From a virus: DNA of 64,000 nt. This document shows positions 1 through 8,517 of this stretch, in pieces. A program made the position numbers and the translations under genes. The stretch spans positions 32,001-96,000 of IMG/VR virus record IMGVR_UViG_3300042691_041718; one strand, given 5' to 3'. The notes under the pieces were generated by a model, which saw only the letters and a list, made by a program, of their open reading frames with translations, did no database searches and had not been told where the DNA came from. Position 1 is the stretch's first letter. Each line of letters begins with the position of its first letter.

Positions 1-459
1 TGAATTTCTCATTGCGACTCTAACTGGGTGTGTATCACTACCAATAAAAGAAGCAAATATATCTTTATCAGGATTTATAAAAATATTTGGTGGTGGTAAA
101 CAATTCAACGGAATTGGATAACATTTATCGGAATATTTACCATGACCACCCATAGCAAATATTTTAATATCTAAATCACCAAAGTTATTTAAAATATTAT
201 CATCGTATTGAACAATTGTATAATATTTTTTATCTTTATCTAGATTATCAATAAAATTTTGAATATCGGATAAATCTCCATTACCATAGTTTCTATTAAC
301 ATACAAACTTGTCCAAAAAATTGGAAGGTATATTCTCTCAGTTTCTATCTGGTTTTGTAAATATTTACTATAAAAAAACTCTTCAAATATTTGTGAGTTA
401 AAAGGTGGATAGTGAACATTTATAACAACTCTTAATGAGTCAGGTGTTTGTATCATCAT
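1..459 (-). CDS. Exostosin-like (GT47-type) glycosyltransferase, runs off the window edge
   Basis: Not in the ORF track. Manual translation from ATG at 459: MMIQTPDSLRVVINVHYPPFNS...YLPIFWTSLYVN...DIFASFIGSDTHPVRVAMRNS, open to base 1. The FASFIGS.THP.R motif is typical of exostosin-like proteins, and it is the last gene of a glycosyltransferase operon. Confidence 0.55.
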   Translation of the reverse strand, partial: MMIQTPDSLRVVINVHYPPFNSQIFEEFFYSKYLQNQIETERIYLPIFWTSLYVNRNYGNGDLSDIQNFIDNLDKDKKYYTIVQYDDNILNNFGDLDIKIFAMGGHGKYSDKCYPIPLNCLPPPNIFINPDKDIFASFIGSDTHPVRVAMRNS

Positions 460-1196
460 TGTGTAAAAATATTTTTTAGTATATTAATTTGATTACCACT
501 TTTAGAAGAATTATTCATATAGTAACTACCTTGGTGTACTCTATGTGTATATTCTAAATCAGGACAAACTTCTATATAATTGGTTTCATTTGAACTTAAA
601 AATAAATAATTAAAAAATCCAACATCACAAATATCAACATCTCTATTAAATGTGTTTATATCAAATGATTTTATATATGATTCTTTATTAACAAAAAAAT
701 TACCAGTATTTAATAAGACATCTAATAAGTCACCACCATCTAAAAAGTGTTTTTTACAAAATGCCTTATCAATCCTAACCCCATTAAATTTAGTATATTT
801 TATAAAAATACCTTTTTCATTCCACATGTTATGTTCATGATGAATTAATCTTTCTGGTGATATTAGTTTATTCTTAGACCAATCAGTTTGATATATTTTA
901 TCAATGTATGTTACATCAATAATATTATCAGAGTCTAATAAAATTATATATTCATTCTCCGCTTTTTTAACACACTCAAGTTTATTAAAAAATGTTCCTA
1001 AATTTATATCTTGTTTATATAGTTTGATTTTGTTATTAGATAATCCATCTAATGCTAATTTTATATTAGCATAATTTGATGAGTTATCATCCATTATAAC
1101 AATTTCTGATATTCTATCATCATTTAAAACTTTGATAAAAGAATCAATTAATATTTCAATTCTTTCATAATTTGGTATACATAAAGATATATTCAT
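456..1196 (-). CDS. Family 2 glycosyltransferase
   Basis: N-terminal ISLCIPNYER, IVIMDDNSS, and a DxD motif in LLDSDNII. Confidence 0.85.
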   Translation of the reverse strand: MNISLCIPNYERIEILIDSFIKVLNDDRISEIVIMDDNSSNYANIKLALDGLSNNKIKLYKQDINLGTFFNKLECVKKAENEYIILLDSDNIIDVTYIDKIYQTDWSKNKLISPERLIHHEHNMWNEKGIFIKYTKFNGVRIDKAFCKKHFLDGGDLLDVLLNTGNFFVNKESYIKSFDINTFNRDVDICDVGFFNYLFLSSNETNYIEVCPDLEYTHRVHQGSYYMNNSSKSGNQINILKNIFTQ

Positions 1197-1197
1197 T

Positions 1198-1941
1198 TTA
1201 GCTCATAATTTTTTGATATAACTGTCTAGTCCACTCACCTTCATTAATCTTATTCATATGTTTTAAATAGGAAGAGTTACTATGTATTCTATGTTTATAT
1301 CCCATATCTTTTATTAAAAACAGTTTATTATCGGATGTTAGCCAATCAGATAACAATGTAATTGAATCTAAAGAAGATATTAACCTAGTGTCATAGTTTG
1401 GACTGTTTTTTTCGGAACATTTTATATAATTTTCTTTGTTGACAAAATAGTTACAAGTATTCATCATAGTTTGAAATAAACTATTAAAGTGATCTAAATT
1501 TCTGAAGTTCTCTTTAGTTATTAATCCTGAATAAATTCTATAATCAAAATAACTATCGTGATGACCATTCTCGTTTATTTTCTCGATGAAAGCTGGTGCG
1601 TATATCGTATCACTATTCCAATCATCTATTTCATATAGGTGATTGATATAATTTTCACCAATAACATTATCAGAATCAAATAAAATAACCCAATCATTAC
1701 TACAATTTTTTATAGCTCTTATCTTGTTAAGATAAACACCTAAGTTCTCACTATTTTCAATAAGTTTAACTTTATCTGAGTTTAATTCAGATATAATAAC
1801 TTTTAACTCATCTAAATCAGATGAGTTATCATCACAAATTATTATTTCAGAAACTCTATCATCCGTAATTGGATAAGATAGAGTTTCTTTCATAAATTTG
1901 CTATTATTGTAATAAGGTATAGCAATTGAAATTTTTCTCAT
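1198..1941 (-). CDS. Family 2 glycosyltransferase (paralog of 456..1196)
   Basis: ISIAIPYYNN, IICDDNSSD, LFDSDN. Shares NTCNYFVNKE/NTGNFFVNKE and HRIH/HRVH with its neighbour. Confidence 0.85.
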   Translation of the reverse strand: MRKISIAIPYYNNSKFMKETLSYPITDDRVSEIIICDDNSSDLDELKVIISELNSDKVKLIENSENLGVYLNKIRAIKNCSNDWVILFDSDNVIGENYINHLYEIDDWNSDTIYAPAFIEKINENGHHDSYFDYRIYSGLITKENFRNLDHFNSLFQTMMNTCNYFVNKENYIKCSEKNSPNYDTRLISSLDSITLLSDWLTSDNKLFLIKDMGYKHRIHSNSSYLKHMNKINEGEWTRQLYQKIMS

Positions 1942-2564
1942 TATAATTTATTTTTTTTAACAAAAAGACCATCTCCCCAAGTACCACCTACCCAGTTTTG
2001 TTCTACAAATACAAAACCAAATTGACCCAAGAATTGACACAACTCATCTATTTTAGCACAGTTTTTATAAACCTCATCTCTGTTAATTTCAGCAATGATG
2101 TAATCTACATTTTTTAATGTTTCGGTAGCTCCTTTAAAAACTTCTAACTCATATCCTTGAACATCAATATTAATAAAGTTGTATTCTTTATTTGAGTTAT
2201 CAATAACATCATCTAATCTTTTCATCTGTACCATTTCCCTATCGTGAAAAACAATACCAGGATATTGTACTAAGTGTAAAGCTGGTTCTAATATAGAAGA
2301 AGATTGACCATTATTTGCTGTTTCAACAAACATTTCAATTTCTTTTTCTTCTGCTCCTAAAGCAATGTTATATAAAGTTGCATCTGAACCAACTTTTGAT
2401 TCCAATACTTGGAAGTTATTTTTCAAAGGTTCAAAATAAACAATCTTATTTATATTATTCATTTTATATAATGAATGTTCTTCACCATAGTGAGCTCCAA
2501 TATGTAGAACACCATTAATCTCCATGTTGTATTTTCTTAAAATACCGTTAAAATCTAAAAGCAT
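1941..2564 (-). CDS. FkbM-family SAM-dependent methyltransferase
   Basis: LHIGAHYGEE, YFEP, RLDD, NIDVQGYELEVFKGA. Confidence 0.85.
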   Translation of the reverse strand: MLLDFNGILRKYNMEINGVLHIGAHYGEEHSLYKMNNINKIVYFEPLKNNFQVLESKVGSDATLYNIALGAEEKEIEMFVETANNGQSSSILEPALHLVQYPGIVFHDREMVQMKRLDDVIDNSNKEYNFINIDVQGYELEVFKGATETLKNVDYIIAEINRDEVYKNCAKIDELCQFLGQFGFVFVEQNWVGGTWGDGLFVKKNKL

Positions 2565-2605
2565 ATTATTTTTTATTTTTTATATTTGTTTTTATAACAA
2601 AGTTT

Positions 2606-3331
2606 TTATTTCATTTCTTGAAAACTATTTTTAGCAAAAAGTTCATCAGCAACGTCTTTCTGTAATTTAGAGTCAACAAAATGATCATTTTGTTGGTGTA
2701 TTCTGTAATAATAGATAGGATTAGGATTGAATTTTATTCTATCAAACCCAGCAATTTCCATAAGTGGTGTCATTGTAGCAACATCACAACTCATAGTATA
2801 AAAATCGCCATTTTTATCTTTGAAACAATTTAATTCAGGATCTTGATTCATTAACTCCTTATATAACTTATATTTATAAGTTCTCATGTGAGAAGCCCAA
2901 TATCCGCCATTTCTAAGTTGTTTAAACTCTTCTCTTGTATATGGTTTACAATGACCAATTTGACCATTTGGCCAAACATACTGACCATAGGTAAGTAAAG
3001 TATTGTCTTGATATAAAGAATTTAAAATATCTAAAGCATCTGGTGTCACTAAAAAATCATCACCATCTAAAATACAAATGATATCCTCATCATCTAAATT
3101 AGATTCAACTATACCATAGTGTATGTTAGGTAAGGCAGTAATTCTTTCTTTATTTTTTCTTAAAGTAAATCTTTCATCTTTTGGTAAATTGAAAGAAGTA
3201 CCATCATTTGAAGCATCATCACAAAAAATAGCTATCCAATTTTGGTATTTCTGACCAATAATTGACTTAGCACAATCTTGAATATAGTTAATGACGTTTC
3301 TATATGGGATTATAAAAACAAATCTATTCAT
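2606..3331 (-). CDS. Family 2 glycosyltransferase
   Basis: FIIPYRN, CDDASNDGT, ILDGDDFL. Confidence 0.85.
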   Translation of the reverse strand: MNRFVFIIPYRNVINYIQDCAKSIIGQKYQNWIAIFCDDASNDGTSFNLPKDERFTLRKNKERITALPNIHYGIVESNLDDEDIICILDGDDFLVTPDALDILNSLYQDNTLLTYGQYVWPNGQIGHCKPYTREEFKQLRNGGYWASHMRTYKYKLYKELMNQDPELNCFKDKNGDFYTMSCDVATMTPLMEIAGFDRIKFNPNPIYYYRIHQQNDHFVDSKLQKDVADELFAKNSFQEMK

Positions 3332-3360
3332 TATTTAATTATTTTTTATTTATATAAAAT

Positions 3361-3393
3361 AAAAAAGAGAGAGTTTAATCTCTCTCTCTTTTT
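3361..3393. terminator. Bidirectional intrinsic terminator
   Basis: AAAAAAGAGAGAG-loop-CTCTCTCTCTTTTT, just downstream of clpC. Confidence 0.7.
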
Positions 3394-3398
3394 AAAGA

Positions 3399-5588
3399 TT
3401 ATTCATCTTTCTTTTTTCTTGTTCGTTTTGGTTTCTCAACCTTAACATCATCATTCTTTACTTCTGGTAGTAAATGTTCTTGTAACTCTTTAATTTCACT
3501 TGGTGTGTGGATAGGTTTAATAAAAGATTGTTCATCCTCTTTATTATAATCACATAAGAATTTTGTTCCTTCTTCTGGATTATTTTCAATAATATAATCA
3601 GTAATTATATCATCAACCCATCTTTGAATAGCTCTCTTTAAAGGTCTAGCACCAAATTTAGGATCATAACCAACTTCAACAAGATGATCTTTTAATTCAT
3701 CTGTGATTTCAATTGGGAAACCAATGTCAGATGCTCTCTTAATTGTTTTATTTAATTCTAAATCAACAATTTTCAAGATTTCATTTTTACCTAAATCTCT
3801 AAAGTAGATAATGTCATCTAATCTATTGATAAACTCAGGAGCAAATTTATTTTTCAACTCTTTATCTAAAATCGCCTTAATGTGTTCTTCATTTTGACTT
3901 TCTCTTGTTTTAGTAGAGAAACCAACTCCAGTACCAAAATCTTTAACTTGTCTTGTACCTACGTTAGAAGTCATTAAAATAATACAATTTTTAAAACTTA
4001 CTTTTCTACCGTGTGAATCAGTCATGTGACCATCATCTAACATTTGTAAGAATAAGTTAAATACCTCAGGATTTGCTTTTTCAATCTCATCAAAAAGAAT
4101 AACAGAATAAGGTTTTCTTCTAATTCTATCAAGAACGTTACTATCTTCATAACCAACATATCCTGGAGCTGAACCTTGAATTTTAGAAATTGAAATTTTA
4201 TCCATATATTCAGACATATCCAATCTAATTAAAGAGTCCTCAGAGTCAAATAGATATTTAGCGATTTGTTTAGCCAACTCAGTTTTACCAACACCAGAGT
4301 TACCAATCAACATACCACTGAATACAGGTCTGTTAGCATCTTTCATACCAACTCTACCTCTTTGAATAGCTCTAACTACTTTCTTAACAGCTTCATCTTG
4401 ACCAACTACTTTACCAGCAATTTCTTGACCCATTTTAGCAAGTCTATTGTTTTCCTTTTCACTTACTTTTTGTAAAGGAATACCTGTAATCATTGATACA
4501 ACCTCTGCTACATTATCCTCAGTTACAATTTGACGATTTTTAGATGATTCTTCTTCCCAGTTTTTTCTAGCCTTTTCCAAAGCATCGTTCAACTTTCTCT
4601 CAGTATCTCTTAATTTAGCAGCCTCTTCGTATTTTTGAGATCTGATAACATCATGTTTTTGATCCTTAATCTCCAATATTTTGTTTTCAATATCTGTAAT
4701 TTCTTTTGGAACAACAATATTTGAAATATGAACTCTTGATCCAGCTTCATCCATAGCATCAATAGCCTTATCTGGTAAAAATCTATCAGTCATATAACGA
4801 GAAGTTAAATCAACACAAGCCTTAATTGCTTCCGGTGTGTAAGTAACATTGTGATGTGACTCATATTTATCTTTAATATTACCAATGATAATCATTGTCT
4901 CTTCTGGAGTAGCAGGTTCAACTTGAACTTTTTGAAAACGTCTTTCTAACGCTCCATCTTTTTCAATGTGTTTTCTATACTCGTCTAAAGTAGTAGCACC
5001 AATGATTTGAATTTCACCTCTTGCTAAAGCTGGTTTAAACATATTGGAAGCATCCATTGATCCAGAAGCTCCACCAGCACCAATCATAGTATGAATTTCA
5101 TCAATGAAAAGGATGACATCAGGATTTTTTTCCATTTCAGCCATTAAAGCCTTAATTCTTTCCTCAAATTGTCCACGGTATTTAGTACCAGCGACCATAG
5201 ATGCTAAGTCAAGCATAACAACTCTTTTATTAAAAAGAAGTCTAGATACTTTTCTTTGAACAATTCTAAGTGCTAATCCTTCAGCAATTGAAGATTTACC
5301 AACACCTGGTTCACCAATTAAAATTGGATTGTTTTTCTTTCTACGAGAAAGAATTTGTGAAACTCTTTCAATTTCTTTTTCACGACCTACGATAGGGTCT
5401 AATCTACCCTCTTCAGCCATTTTAGTCAAATCACGACTATATGTATCTAAAACTGGAGTTTTAGATTTAGTATCAGATTTCTTAGAAGATGAAGAGAATG
5501 TCTTATCATCATCATCATCATCTTCAATAGCCATTCTCACATCAGGTAAGTTTTTGTAATACTGATTGTCTTTATTAGTTTTTCCCAT
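3399..5588 (-). CDS. clpC: ClpC-type Hsp100/Clp AAA+ ATPase lacking the N-terminal Clp-repeat domain
   Basis: Two AAA modules (GEPGVGKS, FIDEIH; GNSGVGKT, FDEIEKA), pore loops GTKYRG and GYVG, UVR middle domain (YEEAAKLRD), ClpP-docking loop VGF. Only about 45 aa precede TPVLD. Confidence 0.9.
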   Translation of the reverse strand: MGKTNKDNQYYKNLPDVRMAIEDDDDDDKTFSSSSKKSDTKSKTPVLDTYSRDLTKMAEEGRLDPIVGREKEIERVSQILSRRKKNNPILIGEPGVGKSSIAEGLALRIVQRKVSRLLFNKRVVMLDLASMVAGTKYRGQFEERIKALMAEMEKNPDVILFIDEIHTMIGAGGASGSMDASNMFKPALARGEIQIIGATTLDEYRKHIEKDGALERRFQKVQVEPATPEETMIIIGNIKDKYESHHNVTYTPEAIKACVDLTSRYMTDRFLPDKAIDAMDEAGSRVHISNIVVPKEITDIENKILEIKDQKHDVIRSQKYEEAAKLRDTERKLNDALEKARKNWEEESSKNRQIVTEDNVAEVVSMITGIPLQKVSEKENNRLAKMGQEIAGKVVGQDEAVKKVVRAIQRGRVGMKDANRPVFSGMLIGNSGVGKTELAKQIAKYLFDSEDSLIRLDMSEYMDKISISKIQGSAPGYVGYEDSNVLDRIRRKPYSVILFDEIEKANPEVFNLFLQMLDDGHMTDSHGRKVSFKNCIILMTSNVGTRQVKDFGTGVGFSTKTRESQNEEHIKAILDKELKNKFAPEFINRLDDIIYFRDLGKNEILKIVDLELNKTIKRASDIGFPIEITDELKDHLVEVGYDPKFGARPLKRAIQRWVDDIITDYIIENNPEEGTKFLCDYNKEDEQSFIKPIHTPSEIKELQEHLLPEVKNDDVKVEKPKRTRKKKDE

Positions 5589-5628
5589 ATTATTAAAAAA
5601 TTTTGGTTACAAAGTAATTTATTATATT

Positions 5629-5976
5629 TTATTTTTCATCAGAAGTTTTTTCTTCTGGTAGTATTTGTTCTAATCTTTCGTTTCTTTCATAAGCTTTATC
5701 CTTGATACCCCACTCTTTACTCTTTATTGTAAAAGATAAAATATTATCAAAAATATCCATCGTTTTTATACTAGCTGAAAACCCCTTTGATTTATTATCT
5801 TCCCAATCAAAAACTTTTTTACTCGAATAGTAATTAAGTATTATATCAAAATAAGTTGGATTAGATTTAGTATCTATTGAAAAAAAACTAGAAGTCCAAC
5901 TATTATCAATAGTGAATTGATGTTCAGATTTAATAATCTCGAAAATATTATCTTCTATTTTTAACCAAGTTGTCAT
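5629..5976 (-). CDS. Hypothetical protein with C-terminal RNERLEQIL tag
   Basis: ORF in operon with ATGA overlap to the upstream gene. Confidence 0.6.
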   Translation of the reverse strand: MTTWLKIEDNIFEIIKSEHQFTIDNSWTSSFFSIDTKSNPTYFDIILNYYSSKKVFDWEDNKSKGFSASIKTMDIFDNILSFTIKSKEWGIKDKAYERNERLEQILPEEKTSDEK

Positions 5977-6566
5977 GCTAATCTAAATTTTGATAAGTAG
6001 TCTCTAAGAAATACATTCTTTTCACCACCAATGTACTCAACCCATTTTTGATAGATTTTTTGTTCTTTTGGTATCTCGGAATACTTTATTTGTTTTTCTA
6101 ATCTTGAAACATTGAATCCAAAACCATGATTATCCATAATCATATCACCATAGTTTTCAACAATCCAATCTCCAAGACCTAAGTATTTCTTATTAAAAAC
6201 TCTTTCATCCACAATAAAACAAATACCAGATAACATATCATTTAAATCTGGTTCGTAGAAAGTAGCAATCTTAACATCATTTTCTTCTAAAGTGGTTTTA
6301 ATTGTTTCCATTGATCCAACATAAGTTTCATCTTCTCTCCAACCTTTATTGAAAGCTTCTTCTCTATATCTATCAACAGAGTGGTTTGAGGTACCACCAT
6401 TAAGAATAATAAATGTTTTATTATACTTAGCCCAATTTAAGTAATCATTATCTAAATGATTTACTAATCCATATTCAACTACGGTGTGTCCAAATTGTAT
6501 TCCTTTTTGTATTTCACTAATGTTATATGGCACGAATCCATACATCCTTAATTCTAATTTTTCCAT
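5973..6566 (-). CDS. Peptidyl-tRNA hydrolase type 2-like phage protein
   Basis: MYGFVPYNISEIQKGIQFGH, W...KTFIILNGG and FYEPDLN..LSGI resemble the phage Pth2-like family. Confidence 0.5.
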   Translation of the reverse strand: MEKLELRMYGFVPYNISEIQKGIQFGHTVVEYGLVNHLDNDYLNWAKYNKTFIILNGGTSNHSVDRYREEAFNKGWREDETYVGSMETIKTTLEENDVKIATFYEPDLNDMLSGICFIVDERVFNKKYLGLGDWIVENYGDMIMDNHGFGFNVSRLEKQIKYSEIPKEQKIYQKWVEYIGGEKNVFLRDYLSKFRLA

Positions 6567-6585
6567 AGAGTTTATATTAGAAAAA

Positions 6586-7074
6586 TTATTTTAGTTTAAT
6601 AGAAAGACTACGATTACTAAATTGTTTTAATCCGGTGACTTCCAATAAACTCTTTTTATTTATAAATTCGGGAATATTTAATTCATAATCTTCTGATGGT
6701 ATTTCAATCTCAGCAATAATTAAGTGATAATTATCTTTAAATAAATCAACTTCCCATTTTAAGTCACCATCTGGATAAACCCATCTTTCTTTTCTTATAT
6801 GACGAGCGTTTAATTTATTTGTATAACACTTAGTTTTAAACTTATCAAACTCTTTTTTAGATATTTCTTTTTCTACTTCTTCGTTTGACATATCATTAAT
6901 TCTATATTTTATGGTATGAATCCATTTCTTACCATTTACATTAGAATCGTATTGTCTAACTCTTTCCCAAATACCTTCTTTATTTTTAAAATAAAATTGG
7001 TCTATTTTTATAATCTCACTTGGAAGAATATCAGGCATTGCCTTTAAAAGGAATTTTCTTTCAATTTCTATCAT
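6586..7074 (-). CDS. CYTH-domain triphosphate tunnel metalloenzyme
   Basis: EIERKFLL, IRKER, WEVDLF, IIAEIE, FSNRSL. Confidence 0.85.
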   Translation of the reverse strand: MIEIERKFLLKAMPDILPSEIIKIDQFYFKNKEGIWERVRQYDSNVNGKKWIHTIKYRINDMSNEEVEKEISKKEFDKFKTKCYTNKLNARHIRKERWVYPDGDLKWEVDLFKDNYHLIIAEIEIPSEDYELNIPEFINKKSLLEVTGLKQFSNRSLSIKLK

Positions 7075-7504
7075 TTCTTATATATCTTTCTACTTTTTCA
7101 AAATATCTAGTGACTATTAAAAGTCCTATTGTTAAAATTATAGGTATAAGAACTAAACCCATTCCAGCTAATATTCCAATTCCAGATATTACCCAGATAA
7201 AAGCCGCGGTTGTTATACCAATCATTTTATCATTATCTCTCATAATAACACCACCACCTAAAAATCCCATACCAGTAACTATTGTTGATAGGATACGAGT
7301 TGGGTCAACATTGTACAAAGTTCCTGCATAAAAGGAACCAATAGTAAAAATTGCTGATCCAACACAAATTAGAAGGTTTGTTCTAAGACCAGCAAATTTA
7401 TTTTTCTTTTCTCTTTCCCAACCAACTAGTGATCCACATATTGTTGCTACTAGTATTTTTATTGTTATAGGAAGTAGTAGTGATAGTTCATTATAAATAT
7501 TCAT
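7061..7504 (-). CDS. MgtC/SapB family membrane protein
   Basis: GSLVGWERE, AGLRTNLLICVGSAIFT, DPTRILSTIVTGMGFLGGGVI, GITTAAFIW. Confidence 0.9.
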   Translation of the reverse strand: MNIYNELSLLLPITIKILVATICGSLVGWEREKKNKFAGLRTNLLICVGSAIFTIGSFYAGTLYNVDPTRILSTIVTGMGFLGGGVIMRDNDKMIGITTAAFIWVISGIGILAGMGLVLIPIILTIGLLIVTRYFEKVERYIRNDRN

Positions 7505-7688
7505 TACTTATTTATAAAAATAATGTTTTTTCATTTACAAAAAAAAGAGGTCTTAAAAATAAATCTTTAAGCCTCTTTTTAATCACTATTCAAAAACTAA
7601 TTATTATAGTTTAAAAAATAAATTAAGTTTATTTTAAACTTTTATATTTTAGTTTATATATGTCATGTAACTTTTAAAATTGAATATT

Positions 7689-7775
7689 ATGGAAAATAAT
7701 TGCGACAACAGATTGGAAATTTCGGGAGATCCTGAAAATTTAAAAAGACTATCAAGAGGAAGAAGATTAATATAA
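7689..7775 (+). pseudogene. Truncated gene remnant (N-terminus of an MPNWCxNxLxIxG-type, YubB/DUF1281-like protein)
   Basis: MENNCDNRLEISGDPENLKRLSRGRRLI* (28 aa), followed immediately by a terminator. Confidence 0.4.
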
Positions 7776-7804
7776 AAAACCACTGAATTTCAGTGGTTTT
7801 TTTT
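7774..7804. terminator. Intrinsic terminator
   Basis: AAAAAACCACTGAA-T-TTCAGTGGTTTTTTTT. Confidence 0.7.
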
Positions 7805-7819
7805 ATTTATATATACAAT

Positions 7820-8032
7820 ATGTATAGTTACATTGAATTTTTAGCATATGTTGGGTCAGTTATAATTTTTATATCTTTTGTTGTAAAAAATGTAAAGTGG
7901 CTTAGAATATTAAATAATATAGGATGTGTCATCTTTTTATTTTACGCCTTTTATCATGGAAGAACACCACTAATTCTTTTGAATAGTGGTGTTATATTAG
8001 TAAATACTTGGCATTTAATTAAGAAGTCTTAG
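7820..8032 (+). CDS. Small inner-membrane protein (YgjV-like)
   Basis: Start moved to ATG 7820, behind an ATATATA motif. LAYVGSVIIFISF..K..KWLRILNNIGC..F..YA pattern, with about three hydrophobic segments. Confidence 0.6.
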   Translation: MYSYIEFLAYVGSVIIFISFVVKNVKWLRILNNIGCVIFLFYAFYHGRTPLILLNSGVILVNTWHLIKKS

Positions 8033-8517
8033 TTTCTCATTATAGAGAATTTATCTTCTGGTTTAACTATATTAAGTTTTTCACAAGCCATCATAAAAGA
8101 GTCCATTATAGAATAAACATCTTCCATTTCTGTTACTTCATAATCTCTAATCTCCCAATTATCTTGATCGTCATCTTCAACATCTTTCAATATTAAAGTA
8201 ATAACATAAGTATCTTCTATAAAAGCTAATCCAGCTTGAGCATAAAAAGTCATACCTTGTACTGGTTTATATGAAGTTGCATAAAAAGCTACAAATCTAT
8301 CTCCATCATGATCGACTAACTGTGACTGAAACTTAGTTAGTATTGGATATTGAATTAAAACATTCTCAACTAATTTATCTGTATTCTCATCACCAGAACT
8401 TAAAGGTATTTTTGTAAAATTTTTAGAAATCTCTTTATCCATTTCTCCCTTTAAATAAGGTATTTCAAATCTTGATTTTAAATCTTCATCATCAAAAAAC
8501 TCAAAAAACTTTTTCAT
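8029..8517 (-). CDS. Acidic hypothetical protein with MKKFFEF N-terminus
   Basis: ORF coupled to the flavoprotein gene; N-terminus loosely resembles the capsid-targeting-like tag. Confidence 0.6.
   Translation of the reverse strand: MKKFFEFFDDEDLKSRFEIPYLKGEMDKEISKNFTKIPLSSGDENTDKLVENVLIQYPILTKFQSQLVDHDGDRFVAFYATSYKPVQGMTFYAQAGLAFIEDTYVITLILKDVEDDDQDNWEIRDYEVTEMEDVYSIMDSFMMACEKLNIVKPEDKFSIMRN

Noticed and set aside
5505-5524. (TCA)n microsatellite
   Set aside because: It simply encodes the EDDDDDD linker of ClpC.
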